Under the pieces are notes generated by a model that saw nothing but the letters and a program-made list of their open reading frames with translations, was not told the DNA's origin and searched no databases. Positions 47,597-59,559 of a stretch of DNA of 64,000 nucleotides are shown here, piece by piece (positions within the stretch are counted from its first letter, which is position 1; each line of letters begins with the position of its first letter). Source of the stretch: an uncultured virus (IMG/VR IMGVR_UViG_3300021387_000053). Lineage: Duplodnaviria; Heunggongvirae; Uroviricota; Caudoviricetes. The position numbers were made by a program, and so were the translations under genes. The stretch lies in IMG/VR virus record IMGVR_UViG_3300021387_000053, one strand, 5' to 3'.

Positions 47597-48403
47597 ATGG
47601 GAAAGATCAGTAATATTGATTATGCGGAAGCAGCAGATAAACTTCTGATGGAAAGAAAGATTGATGAAGAGAATAACGTGATCTATACGGACATCCCTTA
47701 TGTAAATGCCAGTTCTGATTAGAACGGAATGGACTGTCAGGGCTTGATGGAATACTAGCTTCGCCAGTTTGGAGTCAAGAAGAACTGGAAAGGCAGCAAC
47801 GATATGTTCCGAAACGCATGCGATTGGGTAGGGACGATTGCGGAGTGTAAGAAAGAATTCGGGAAGATCCCTAAAGGAGCTTGGCTGTTTATCGTAGAGT
47901 TTGATGGCGGGGAAGTAGCCAGGGGTTACAAGGATGGACTGGGCAATGCTTCTCACGTCGGTGTTTATACAGGGATCGGGAACGGCGTAGTTCACGCTTC
48001 CGCATCAAGAAGGTGTGTAGCTTCGTCCACGCTCAAGAATGCCTGGACTCATGTCGGGCTTTGCAAGTATATAGATTACGGCAATACCCCTGAGCAAAAT
48101 AAAAAGATAGAGGTGACCGTTATGGAGCAGGAAATGAAAGTCTTTGCTGAGAACGGCAGTTCTGTAAATATGAGAGATTCTATTAATGGGAATCTGGTTA
48201 TGAGAGTTCCCGTTGGAGAAACTGTCACAGTTACTGGAGTGTCTAATGACTGGTCAAAGATTATATACAACGGTAAAAGTGGTTGGATGATGAGCAAGTT
48301 CCTCACAGATGTGGAAGGCTCGGAGAATGGAATGTATACGATATTCCTTGAGGTTAAGACTGCGAAAGCCCTCAAGGATGCTTTAGAGTAGGCGGGTGTT
48401 TAA
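47597..48403 (+). CDS. Endolysin: NlpC/P60-like peptidase plus SH3b domain, TAGs at 47720, 47756, 48389
   Basis: PY...MDCQG catalytic Cys lies between two TAGs upstream of the track ORF; ASHVGVY, VVHAS; VNMR...WSKIIYNGKSGWMMSKFL. Confidence 0.85.
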
Positions 48404-48425
48404 CATCTGAGAGGAGAGGATACCG

Positions 48426-48887
48426 ATGGAAATGACTGGAACTATTGAGGGGGCAATCCAATGGGCTGAGATCGTAAGAAGTTTTTTATTATTCATTACT
48501 GCGGTAGGCGGAGCAGTCGCAGCGATTAAACTGTGGGTGTCGAAGCCGATCAAAGAAATGGATGAAAAGCTTGACAAGGTTATCGAAGAGTCCAGAAAAC
48601 AAGATGAAGAGCAACGGAAAGAGATTAAAGAACTGAAGAAGACTCTGTCACGAGTGGATGAGAACAACGCAGATCTTCTTTGTGACAGGCTTGAAACTCT
48701 TCATCAGACATATATGGCACGAGGTTGGTGTGCGCCAGTAGAAAAGCAGAGGGTTATCCGCATGTACGAAACCTATCGAAGTCGTGGGTGCAACCATCTC
48801 GCAACACACAACGAGGAAGATATCTTGAATCTGCCAGATCAACCGCCTAAAGGGGGCGTGAGTGGAAGTGGCAATAAGGAAAGTTGA
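48426..48887 (+). CDS. Holin-like single-TM protein
   Basis: N-terminal hydrophobic helix; LLCDRL...RGW...MYETYRSRGCNH motif. Confidence 0.65.
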   Translation: MEMTGTIEGAIQWAEIVRSFLLFITAVGGAVAAIKLWVSKPIKEMDEKLDKVIEESRKQDEEQRKEIKELKKTLSRVDENNADLLCDRLETLHQTYMARGWCAPVEKQRVIRMYETYRSRGCNHLATHNEEDILNLPDQPPKGGVSGSGNKES

Positions 48888-49155
48888 ATACTCTAAGAAA
48901 TAGGTCGGGGGAGTTACCCTTGGTCTGTTTATACTTTTATAGCTCTCTCTTGTCTTGATTTCTTTTGCGGGTTTATTCCAGTACCAGACGGATGCAATCG
49001 TTTCTATTATGCAAGCGGTTACAACTTAGACTGGGGTAGCCATCACAAACTACAGTGTCAAGGCAGGAGTAGAGAATACATCTAAGATTAAGAATGCATA
49101 TCAGGAAGCGAAGTCAATTGTAGATAATCAGATTATAGATGAAGGCTTAGGCTAA
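48868..49155 (+). CDS. Two-TM lysis-module membrane protein, TAGs at 48901, 48940, 49027
   Basis: EYSKK*V..GLFILL*LSLVLI...NYSVKAGVENTSKI; absent from the ORF track. Confidence 0.7.
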
Positions 49156-49262
49156 GTTAAAGAATCGGAGAGGTGTCTCGTCAGAGATCCTCTCCCATAC
49201 AGAGGACGTTGCTTCTGCGGATGACTAGAAATTTTTAAATAAAGTATACGGGAGTGAGTAAT

Positions 49263-49571
49263 ATGAATTGGACACCTGTGTTAGTTGCACTGATTACATT
49301 GTAGGCAGTTTTATTTGAGGAACTTTTACGGCGTTATGTTGTCCCGTGGCTGAAGGAAAACAACCTTATGGCTGTCGCTAAGTACGCAGTGTAGGCAGCC
49401 GAAGCTATTTACGGGCGTGGGCATGGAAGCGATAAGCTCAAGGAAGCTCTGGAGATTATGAAGAATAAAGGCTTTAATGTGGATACGGCAGAAGTCATGA
49501 ACGCATTACAAGCCGCATGGAAGCAACTCGATATTGATCAGATCGCAGCCGGTATTAAACCCGCAGAATAA
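49263..49571 (+). CDS. LL-H-like holin, TAGs at 49302 and 49392
   Basis: N-terminal TM, YVVPWLK, AV*AAEAIYGRGHGSDKL; absent from the ORF track. Confidence 0.8.
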
Positions 49572-49576
49572 AATTA

Positions 49577-49615
49577 GGGGAGTAGATCTTAATTGGTCTA
49601 CTCCCCATTTTTTTT
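49577..49615. terminator. Terminator between convergent late and R-M transcripts
   Basis: GGGGAGTAGATC/GGTCTACTCCCC hairpin plus T8. Confidence 0.8.
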
Positions 49616-49617
49616 GT

Positions 49618-50355
49618 TTATATACCCCTTGGCAAGGCTTGGTAGGTATCCGCTATGTCTCTCCATCTTGGGACATTCAGACGAACCCCGTAATGGTACT
49701 CATAATTTCCAAGGAATTGGTTGAGCCACTGTCCTGCTATATCGTGGGTTTTTGGATTCTTATATACGGTTTCCTCGATTGCGCTGATAAAGTCTTCAAG
49801 ACATTGGAAGGGAGGATATCCGATCCGCTTATAGAAAACCCCTGGGCGAATCTTGTGTACGACTCTGTCCTTGATCTGGAGATTGATCGGCCACTCCTTC
49901 ATTCGTCTGGTAATCTCCCAGACTTTCTTCAGCCATAAGTCTCTGATCAAAACAGTTCCGTCTGCCATCATCTCATACCCGAAGATCAGGTAATCCACAT
50001 ACAACATCCAAGGCTTCTCAACGATCTCCTGCTGATACATATTGAAGTCCGCAATATCAAATCCCGGAGAGGCTTCTATATTGAACGCCTTGACTTCCAA
50101 CATATCAGTCTTTCTGTTCTGCGGATTCAGAAAGAAATCTGGGGGCATCTGAGAGTTGTCATTCGTGCAGTATAAAACCTCATGCGTGTCAAACCAACCC
50201 TGTAACCACTCCTGAATTATATTGCCAACTACATCTCTCTGCCTGACAACTATGTCTACTGTCCCCAGATAGAATCTTATCTGACCTTCGATCTCTGTAA
50301 TCCGTTCCTCACTCAACAGGGCTTCATATACTTCCTGTGCAGACATCCTGATCAT
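49618..50355 (-). CDS. Type II restriction endonuclease, NgoBV/NlaIV-like
   Basis: DVVGNIIQEWL, PPDFFL...LEVKAF PD-(D/E)xK motif, PGFDIADF. Confidence 0.8.
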   Translation of the reverse strand: MIRMSAQEVYEALLSEERITEIEGQIRFYLGTVDIVVRQRDVVGNIIQEWLQGWFDTHEVLYCTNDNSQMPPDFFLNPQNRKTDMLEVKAFNIEASPGFDIADFNMYQQEIVEKPWMLYVDYLIFGYEMMADGTVLIRDLWLKKVWEITRRMKEWPINLQIKDRVVHKIRPGVFYKRIGYPPFQCLEDFISAIEETVYKNPKTHDIAGQWLNQFLGNYEYHYGVRLNVPRWRDIADTYQALPRGI

Positions 50356-51641
50356 TTCTATTTATCTCCTTGATAAATGTCAAGTACTTTACCCGCAACA
50401 GCTTTGATTACAGGAACAACGACTGTGTTCCCAAGCAGATCATAACCAAGGTTTCTATCGATATCGAACTTAAAATCCTCTGGGTATCCGAACAGGCGGA
50501 GTCCTTCTCTGAGACTCAGCTTTCTGATCCCGTCTCCGTCTCTCACGTACAGATGCTCCATATCCATAGCGACCAGAGTAGGAGAGATAGAATCAGGATC
50601 GAGTACTTTGCTCACCTGAAAGCTCATCTTACCCGCAACAATATTATAGCCAACAGGCAGCTCTTCATCCGGGACTCGCAAGAGTCCCACTTTCTTTTTA
50701 GGGTGTTCCTTCCTGACATACTTCTTCTGAGCCAGATCTTCCAACATCTCTTCCAAGTCATCCGCATCAAAGAAAGTCCTGATCATATTCAGAGTCAGGG
50801 GCATACCGTCCATCCAGTCGATCCCGTAAATCTCTGCCCACTTCTTCTTCCGTCTTTCCGTCATCATCAGGTTCAGAAGAGTCCTCTGGCGTTCAGAGAT
50901 TTCTCCCTTCAGTCCAATATCCCAACTGTGGATATTATTATCTCCGCCCCGCTTGTCTTTAATCGACATCCCAGGAAGTTCTTCGAGTTTATAGTGGGCG
51001 AGGAGTTTATTGATGAACGGGCTAGTCTCTGTCTCAAGTCCCTGTTCAAGGATATCCCGTACATACTTTTCTTTATGCGGAAACCTATCCATGTCAGGAG
51101 TCTCTTTAAGAGTTCCGATAATATAGATACGCTTTCTGTCTTGCGGAACTCCAAAGTCCTTGGCGTTGAGAACCTTCCAGTTCACCTTGTATCCCAGACT
51201 CACAAGCCGATCCAGAATAATCGTCAGTGTCCGTCCGATCTTGTCCTTCGGATTCTCCTTGTCATGGTTGACAAGGCCCTCTACATTCTCAAGGATAAAC
51301 CCGAACGGTTTCTTTTCAGCGAGAATACGTTCGACTTCAAAGAACAGAGTACCTCTGGTATCGTAGAATCCAAGTCTTTTACCCGCAGCGGAGAAAGCCT
51401 GACACGGAAACCCCCCAAGCAGAATATCAAACTGCGGAATCTCATCCGTAGAAATCTTAGTAATATCTCCGTGAATTTCTTCGTCGGGGTGGTTCTGTTT
51501 CAGAATCTCAATCGCATGGGGTTTGATCTCGCTCGTGAATACACACTGGGTCTTGATCCCTCTCTCTTCACAAGCCAGTTCCAGACCTTTACGGATTCCC
51601 CCGATGCCAGCGAACAAGTCAATAAATCTTATCTCACTCAT
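50352..51641 (-). CDS. C5 cytosine DNA methyltransferase, M.NlaIV-like (standard-code end 50358; read-through end 50352)
   Basis: FIDLFAGIG, GFPCQ, ENVEG, QDRKRIY, LGNTVVVPV; target-recognition region DKRGG.NNIHSWDI..WMDGMPLT. Confidence 0.9.
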
Positions 51642-51945
51642 CCTTAGTTTCCTTCCTTGCGGTTTCGCAACTATTATATCACACTAGAATAACTTTCAGC
51701 AGACCAAGCGTAGACACTTGAAAAATAAATTAAAGATTCTTGAGCTGGTGGAAATTATCCTATATGGATTCACTTATGCTGGTTATTGGTTATGCATATA
51801 TTCTGCATAATTATTCAAGTTCTTTTCGTGTATTGAAGATTCACTGTTTTAGACATTTGTTTATTTACAAGGGATCTGGCTCGTTTTTATCTCGTTGTTG
51901 ACATCGAAATGTCAATTGCATATTAATTAATTATTCCTGGACTCC

Positions 51946-53034
51946 TTACACCGCAACGCTTTCAGGACTTTTCTCTGTCAATTTCGTGTCAACTTTCTGA
52001 TAGAGTTTATCGCATAATTTTGCAACGTCTTCCGTCTGCTCTTTTGTGGTATCCACGTAGGTATTCATTGTGATCAAGAAGTCCGAATGACCCAGAATTG
52101 TCTGGAGAGTCTTGGCATTAATACGTGTTGCCATCATCGTAGCAAAGGTATGGCGAAGGCAGTGATAAGTAATATCTTTCGGGACGTTGAGCTTCTTCAG
52201 TGTCCTGTTTCCTTCGACCGTAGCTCCTCCAGAATTGTAAGGTTTACCCTTCTTGGAAACAATCACTCTTCCGCTCGGCTGCCTAGCTTTCAAGAGATAC
52301 TCCTCAAGTTCTGGCAGAAGAGGAACATACCTAATACCCGCATCTGTCTTTGGAGCTTTAACAATCGGATTACTATCCTTGTCAAGACTCAGAGTTTTTG
52401 TTACGTGGATCAGCTTCTTATCAAAGTCGATATCTTCCCAGTCCAGAGCAAAGACTTCTCCTAGTCGCATGCCTGTATATAGTGGGATAACTACTATTAA
52501 CTGTTTCATCAGCGGAAGATCGGGTATCCTGTCAAGCATGTCTTCTACTTCTTCCGTTGTCATCGAGCGTCTCTTGGCATTCGGGTTTGTGACGGAGATC
52601 TTAGAACTCTTGAATGGATTCTTTGTGATAAACCCATCTTCAATTGCGTACTCATACAAGTTCTTCATAATCCACAGGACGAGGAACTGAATGCTCTCCA
52701 ATTCCTCTAACGAATTAATAAACCGCATCGCCTTATCTGAGTCCATCTCATCCAGGTGCATATCTCCAATTGCGGGTTCGATATGCGACTTGATAATAGA
52801 ACTCAGACTGATATAACGCTTACCCGCTATCTTCTTACTGCGATACTCGTTGAGCCACTTATTAATGTACTCGCCGATCGTAGGGGCGTTTGATGCGGGT
52901 TTCTCCATTACATCCTGATACAGATACCCGTACTTCCTGAATGCGGTATCAAATACTTCGTCGATTGTGTAGCCTGTGATCCAGACTTGTTCTCCGTTGA
53001 TAAGTGTTACATGGAAACGCTGACGCTTTTTCAT
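51946..53034 (-). CDS. int: Phage tyrosine integrase
   Basis: TGMRLGEVFAL, PKT..GIR, HCLRHTFAT, ILGHS, TMNTY. Confidence 0.92.
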   Translation of the reverse strand: MKKRQRFHVTLINGEQVWITGYTIDEVFDTAFRKYGYLYQDVMEKPASNAPTIGEYINKWLNEYRSKKIAGKRYISLSSIIKSHIEPAIGDMHLDEMDSDKAMRFINSLEELESIQFLVLWIMKNLYEYAIEDGFITKNPFKSSKISVTNPNAKRRSMTTEEVEDMLDRIPDLPLMKQLIVVIPLYTGMRLGEVFALDWEDIDFDKKLIHVTKTLSLDKDSNPIVKAPKTDAGIRYVPLLPELEEYLLKARQPSGRVIVSKKGKPYNSGGATVEGNRTLKKLNVPKDITYHCLRHTFATMMATRINAKTLQTILGHSDFLITMNTYVDTTKEQTEDVAKLCDKLYQKVDTKLTEKSPESVAV

Positions 53035-54309
53035 TGGACTGCTCCCTTCATCCTAGCAGCAGTCGTGAACCCATATAGAATTTTCAAGTTTCATAAAACG
53101 TTATCAGCCCTTTCAAAAAGAACCTCTACACGGTTATTATAGCCGCATAGAGGTTGTATACAATGGTTAATCCGGGATACCGTCAATTAAAGTCAGAATC
53201 CATTCCGCTGTCTCATATTCTTTTTCTTCGGTTGTAGGATCAAGGAAGGTTATATAGTCACGGATAACAGCCTTGACTTGTTCCTTGTACTCCTGATTCA
53301 GAATCTTGGCGTGGTCAACTTCTCTGCGAAGCTTATCCTTATCTCTCGGCTCAATCGTATAAGTCGGAGCGTTATTAATAATCTCGGCTACAGCAGAAGC
53401 AACTGCTTCCTTATAGTAGTTGTTCCCAGCATATATACTCATCTCGTACATATTCTGCTCAAGTTCATCTGCATCAATCAGTCTCATCCCACTTCACCGC
53501 CTGTCCGCATACTGGGCAATACTTCACAATTTCATCATTTGGTAAATCCAACACATCACACGGATATCCACTTGCTGTTTTTCCTATTAGTTTTAATCCA
53601 CATCTAGGGCAATTCCATCCATCGTCGTATTCCGTCATCGGTTTTGCCTCCTGCTTGGGCTGTCCCTTAACAACAACAAATCTTTCATCTTCTTCAATTT
53701 CGCAGATTCTACAATAAAACTCATATGCGAGTTTTTTATCTCTGATAATTTCCTCGCATTTTTCTTTGAGCATTCTACGCAAGTCTTGAAATTCAACCTG
53801 TAGTCTCATTCTGCTTCACCTCTTTCGATGACCTCGGAATAAACTTACTACAGTAACCGATCTTGTCTGTATCCCAACTCTTGTACGGGATCTTCCTAGA
53901 TCTTCCGAAGCCGGAACAGAAAGCGGATGTCCTGACCCATTCTCCGTAGGCACATCTACGGCAGTTTGCCTGATTCGCATAAGGAGTAGCGGTCTCTTTA
54001 TGCTTCAGATATGTACTGTATCTCATTTTATTTCTCCGTTCAATTTGAGTCTGCACTGCGGACAATACTTATACTGGTAAGCAAGCCCGCCTATAAACTC
54101 ATGCTTGAATCCACATCTCGGACACTCACATATCGTATGTACGGTATCATCATCTTCCCTGTAGGACAGCCCCGGAATACGAACCCATGTCGCAGATTCG
54201 CAGTCACGCTCACGTCTTCCTTCGCTTACTCCTTCGTTATGTCCTGACCACCAGCTGATTATAATTAAAAGAAAAAACACCACATTCAAAACAATACAAG
54301 CTACCCAAT

Positions 54310-54519
54310 TCATATAACCACTCCTTCTACCTCAACTATTTCTATCCACTGACCAGACCCATCTACGGCAGGAGTCTACTAATCTGCGGAAGCAATAGAG
54401 TTATCACCAGACTTGGCTTGCTCGATAAACTTCTTAGCTTCAGAGTAGGAGCAGTTAGGAAGATTCCCGAACTGGACTTGATCGGAATTCTTTCGTGTAA
54501 TTTTCACTAGCCACATCAT
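54310..54519 (-). CDS. Hypothetical protein with tandem TAG TAG (54376-54381)
   Basis: Read-through ends at a TGA overlapping the ATG at 54313. Confidence 0.65.
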
Positions 54520-55048
54520 ATTTTTTACCTCATTCCCATTGAGTAGGATCATACTGGGACAACAACCAGTCCTGAAAAGCAACGCAGAAACTGCGTCCAA
54601 AACTCTGTGTGTTATCAGAGTTTTTAATAAACACCTTATTAAAGACGAAAGGATTCGGATCAAGCCCATCGAGTCCGCTCTGAGGGTTATAGATATTCCC
54701 CTGATGATAGGGGAGACTGTCTGCCCAATTGTGAAAGGCATCCCAGACCCTGGACTTAAAATCCGATCCTCGCCAGCCTTCGTTAAACAGTTCAGCCAGT
54801 CTCCTGTCATCAAGCCCCGCCATTATATATTCGTAGTTCGTCATGTCGGTGGCACACTCTCATCATCATAGTAGTGGCTGTAACGGGACAGTCTCATGTC
54901 TCCGTGACAATCCGTACAAACAATAAGGTAAGTAGGGTAAAGATACTTGCCATTTGCATCCTTTTCGACAAGCTTTTCAGCAATCACCATCCTGTCTTCC
55001 GATGAAAACTCTTTTCCGCAAAACGGACAAGCAGTGATCGGGATAGGT

Positions 55049-55552
55049 TTAGGATTCCCCAACGTCCTCATCTTCTTTCTTTTCATATCTCGCATCAGTT
55101 GTAACTGGCTCACAGTCTTTATACCAGGGCTGAATCTCAGGAGAGAATCCAGTCTCCTCACACCATTCCAGAGACTCGCAGTTCTTCTGATAATAGAACT
55201 GAATTCCTCTGCGGGAGTTAGTCTGATAGACCTGACCATATCTCAGGAGATTACGGAATCCCGCAGACTCTTTATATACGATATCAAACTGCTTGTTCAG
55301 GAAATCCTTGAACCCGCCCGGAGACTTAGCTCCCTTCCAGTAATTACAGGACTTACAGGAAGGCATCAGGTTCAGCACATCGTCTATGTCTCCTTCCTTG
55401 TGAGAACGCTTCCATCTGCTCACAGGGAAGAAGTGATCAACGACCATCTCATCCTTATTCAGTACACATCCACAGTAGGCACAGTGTCCTTCATACCGCT
55501 TGAATACCTAATTGCGGACACCCTGATTAATATACTTGCGCTTATGTCTCAT
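55049..55552 (-). CDS. HNH endonuclease, TAG at 55508-55510
   Basis: GHCAYCG...VDHFFP...NLMPSCKSCNYWKG. Confidence 0.85.
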
Positions 55553-55757
55553 ACTATTCACCAGCTTTTAAGATAAAAGATAAAGTTAAAACTTGAAGTC
55601 GCAGTTAACAGGAAGACTGGAAAGCAACATCGCATACTTCGTGAGGATAGCACTCGTCTCTTTGAATGCGTCGTACATATGTTCATCCTTCACATCTTCC
55701 ATATAGCTATCGATAAACTTTGCATACATTCGAGCCTTGTCGATTTCAAAGGTCACA

Positions 55758-55958
55758 TCATTTACTGTCATAATACTTCTCCCATGCACATGCACCACCA
55801 AGAGCAAGTAACGCAATGCCTACGGTGATCCACAGCGGACTGAGTACCCATACCCAAGACCAATTAATTACTCCGCAAAGCTTTAACACAATAAAGATAA
55901 TCAGCAGGACATCAGCCTATCCCATTCCTGCACTACTTCCACCTTTGTTATTGCTCAT
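55758..55958 (-). CDS. Small membrane protein, TAG at 55917-55919
   Basis: GMG*ADVLLIIFIVLKLCGVINWSWVWVLSPLWI, a common phage membrane-protein motif; absent from the ORF track. Confidence 0.75.
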
Positions 55959-56203
55959 GATTTCCACCGTACCTTTCCACATCTCTTACAGTAGTAATGT
56001 TTCATCCCAGTCTCTTCATCTATGCGGACTTCCCAGATATGTCCGTTGAAAGCACCGCATTTGAAATACTTAATCGGTCTGTTGATATATCCGTTTTGCT
56101 GATCAGGTCTGATCTCTTCATCCATATTAAAAACGCACATCGTAGCCATCCCAATCAGGAAGGCCAAAAACAGAAACTAAAACGTAAGAAAACCAGGCAT
56201 AGC

Positions 56204-56503
56204 TTACACCTTCTTTTCATTAGGGGAGATAATCTTCCCGTTCTTAATAATCGACTCAATCATCCAGTCATACCCGCAGAATCCAATTGATCTGCTCACC
56301 AGTTTCCTAGCTTCACTGGCTGAGACTTTGCGGGTTTCTACACAAGCTGTCCATCCATCAGGCCACGAATAGAAGAAGTCTTTGTTCCAGTATTCCTTGG
56401 GGACAGCTTTATTCTGACGGATTCTTACGTGTAAATCCTTCTCGCCTGACCACCGTCCGTTCCAAGAACCAACGTTGGGCATCGTCAATTCAAACACAAT
56501 CAT
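56204..56503 (-). CDS. Conserved phage hypothetical protein
   Basis: FELTMPNVGSWNGRWSGE...GFCGYDWMIESI motif. Confidence 0.75.
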   Translation of the reverse strand: MIVFELTMPNVGSWNGRWSGEKDLHVRIRQNKAVPKEYWNKDFFYSWPDGWTACVETRKVSASEARKLVSRSIGFCGYDWMIESIIKNGKIISPNEKKV

Positions 56504-58995
56504 TCTTCATCTCCACCCATCTCTTCATACCTTCTGCATATCTCGTCCAAAGAGTAGGCACAAGTCTCGCACTTCTCATCGCAGATCGGATTCATTCCCG
56601 TAAGTAAGGGATACCCACAATTGAGCAGCTTCTCAGTTGTCATCCTGCGGACACCTCTTCATAATCATATCTGCTGCGGTATCCATCAGCAGTTCAAACT
56701 CCTTCACATCCATACCGACAACCCGCTCATTAATATGCCAGTTGTAGGCATCGTAGCTGAGTTGCTTCAGTGCATCAGCTACAGTCTTAGGGCTGTATAC
56801 CTGATCTCTGCAATAGCCGAAGCAATGACCCTGGTCAACATTGTGTTCCAGGTTATCTCTGGCACAGACAGTCACCCTGTCTCCGTCCTTGTCTACTTTG
56901 ACCCGCTTACAGTGTTTGCAATCCATCTGAAAGTCATAAATCTTTTTCTTAATCTCGTCTCCGTTATAATACATATCCCACATTCTCTTATCCTCTTCTC
57001 ATTAAAATCTCGAATACGGAATCCTTTAAAGCTTCCACTGCACTTGTCTTATCGAACGCATCGTCACCGTAGGCATCAAGTGCTTTCTTAAACTCAGCGT
57101 TCAGGGAGTGGAATTGTTTCTCCGCATAATCATCCTGAGTCAGTGCTTCATTGTCTGGGTGCTTGACTCTCCATGCCTTTTCTTTTGGACAGCCAGTACA
57201 GCTTGAACGTGTACTCAGATCACACTCTCTGCAAGGATATCCTTCATACGGATCATCAATAGACTTGAGCGTTCTGTCACAAGCACTTATGATAATCCTC
57301 ATAATCTTGTAGTAATCTTCTTTTTGTAACACGTCGCATTTAAGTAACTCAGTAATATCCTGAACCAACTTTTTCTTTTCTTCTGCCGTCATTCTGCTTG
57401 TCATACTTCTCACTCCCAAAGGATCGCCTGTCCACAATTCTCACAGTGCCTAGGCTCTCCGTCTGCAGCAGATTTAAGAATAGGTCTTGAGCAATGAGGA
57501 CAAGAATAGAAATGTGGCGGATCACCAGTCGGAGCAGTAGGAGTCAGCCGTTTAATCGCATTCAGTGCATACTGGATTGCTTCATGCCCAGCACTGCCTT
57601 CATCACTCATCGCAGACATAATCCCAAGAACCGCAACTGCTCTGTCTCTTTCAGTAAACAAACTAAAATCCATATCAATTCTCCTTCGGATATCTGATAA
57701 TCTCCTGCGGTGAGTGACCAAGGTACGTATTAATATACTCACTGGCTTCTCCCTGTGTCGTACCTACAAATTTTGGGATACGATGTTCCGCATATTCATA
57801 CAAATTTTCGACTATAATTTTCTGCCTTTCAGTCATCGGCATGTCTTCCCAATTCTTAACCTTTTTCATTGGCGGATTCCTTCCTCATCTCTTCAAGTTT
57901 CTGCTCCGTGGCTATACATATATAAGGCGGATCGCATATCTCCCAAGCGGGGCAGTCATGGCAAATCCTAGGCATCTCATCCAGATTATTCATTCTGCTA
58001 CTACTACATCAGGGCCTTTAATTGAATACTGACATTCTGTTGCCCTGATTACTCTCCCATCGTCAAGCTTAATCAAAGTCTCAAAAGGATCTGCCCGGTC
58101 ATCCCGAATAATCGTTCCGAAGAACTTAACTGTGGTATCGTAATGGAAACATACTTCGCATCTTCTGTTTACATACTCGCTTTGCATTGGAAAACTAAAG
58201 GCACTAATTGTTTTAACACATCCCATTCTTCTCATCCTCCGTTAATGCTATGTCAGCAAGTACAGCAATCGGTACGCCTTTCGCTTGAACAATGGTCAAA
58301 GAAGTTATTTGATAAACTTTTTTATTGGGATCCATACAAATGACGGGTACATTTCCATATACTCCCTTCAATTGTTCGATCATATCTTTCTTATACATAT
58401 TACATACTCCCATCTTCAGGATCGTAAGACTCTTCGTATCCCGTACAGTAATCTTCCATCTCCTGAGCAACTTCGTCACAGTGTTCCCCAGGGTCATCCG
58501 CATAACATCCTTCAAGCTCATCATGCATCGGACAACCCAAGCAACTTCTCACAGTCGTTGTCTTACTACGGTTGAAGAACTCCTTGCGGTTAAAGAAGTC
58601 AGGGCAAGGCTCAGACTCACCCTGACAGTTCCAAAATTCATCGAGGTAGTAATCGCAGAGTTCTTTGCATTCCTTACAAACCGTTGAATCGTAAGCAGCA
58701 ATATCCATTCTTATTCCTCATACTTGTCATCGAGATAATTAAAGACGAAACGCCACAATATAGGTGAGATGATAAAGAGATACCATCCGATCGCAGCGAA
58801 CAATTCAAGACTCACATTACCACCTCTTGATATAGTCCTTGCCCAACAACATTCTTGTTTTGTGGTAATTGTCTATAAGCCTGTTGCGTATAGTTATGTC
58901 ATTGAGGTCTCTGCCGTCCATACCGTGCAACATTAATTGACTTAAAGCCAGAGTTATAGTTTCCTGATTGTCAAGAATCTGCTTCTCTATATCCG

Positions 58996-59559
58996 TCATT
59001 CTTCATCCTCTTTTTCAAGTGCGGAAATGAACTCTTCATTCGTCGGCAACTCGTCAAGACTCCAAGACTTGGCAAGCTTAACGCCGTGGTAGGGGAGTTC
59101 TTCATGTTCCCGCAGTTCATAAAACCTATCCTCTGGAGTCAGCGGTTCTTTATTAAATCCCTGATAGACTTCAAATGTCCGCTTATCAAAATCGATCACA
59201 TATGCCCACTCACAGAACAGGGAGTCGGCAGCAAACCTAAGCTGATTAGAAATACGGAAGCAGTTGCCCCGCTGAATAATCGGAAGAATATCTGCGCTCG
59301 TATCACGATCAAACTCAGGGAAGATTTCTCTTAAAGCGTTGACTCTGTCCCCGGTAAACGAGAACAACGTGCGGTATTCGTTGTCGTTCATCTCACGGAC
59401 ATTGACCAAGTTGTTGAGAAAGATCTTCTCATCCATCTGATCCCGCAGAAACTCAAGTACTGCAATGCCCTGTCCACTGGGATATCCATCCCACTGCCCA
59501 TACTGGGCAACCCAATAACGTCCTTTATATTGGACAGCAATCTAATGTCTCGTTCCCAT
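58996..59559 (-). CDS. Conserved phage hypothetical protein, TAG at 59542-59544
   Basis: MGTRH*IAV...AQYGQWDGYPSGQG...DSLFCEWAYVIDFD. Confidence 0.8.

Noticed and set aside
1631..49571. TAG->Gln (code 15), the usual phage recoding, encouraged by the tRNA-Gln
   Set aside because: That tRNA has anticodon UUG, not CUA. In-window paralog alignments and membrane-helix positions put Leu opposite TAG. Only a few sites tolerate Gln.
3484..49571. Decayed prophage or sequencing errors as the cause of fragmented ORFs
   Set aside because: Dozens of interruptions are all TAG, with no frameshifts or premature TAA/TGA, and catalytic motifs are intact.
4380..49571. Pyrrolysine insertion at TAG
   Set aside because: No pyl genes or tRNA-Pyl are visible in the window, and the sites are hydrophobic core or membrane positions.
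50370..51647. 425-aa plus-strand ORF (likewise 44754..46136 -, 9907..10740 -, 8418..9254 -)
   Set aside because: Antisense shadows of well-supported genes, with no recognisable motifs.
53035..53094. 20-codon TAG-containing N-terminal extension of the integrase
   Set aside because: It is in frame, but a good SD (GAAGGGAG) precedes ATG 53034 and nothing supports the upstream start.
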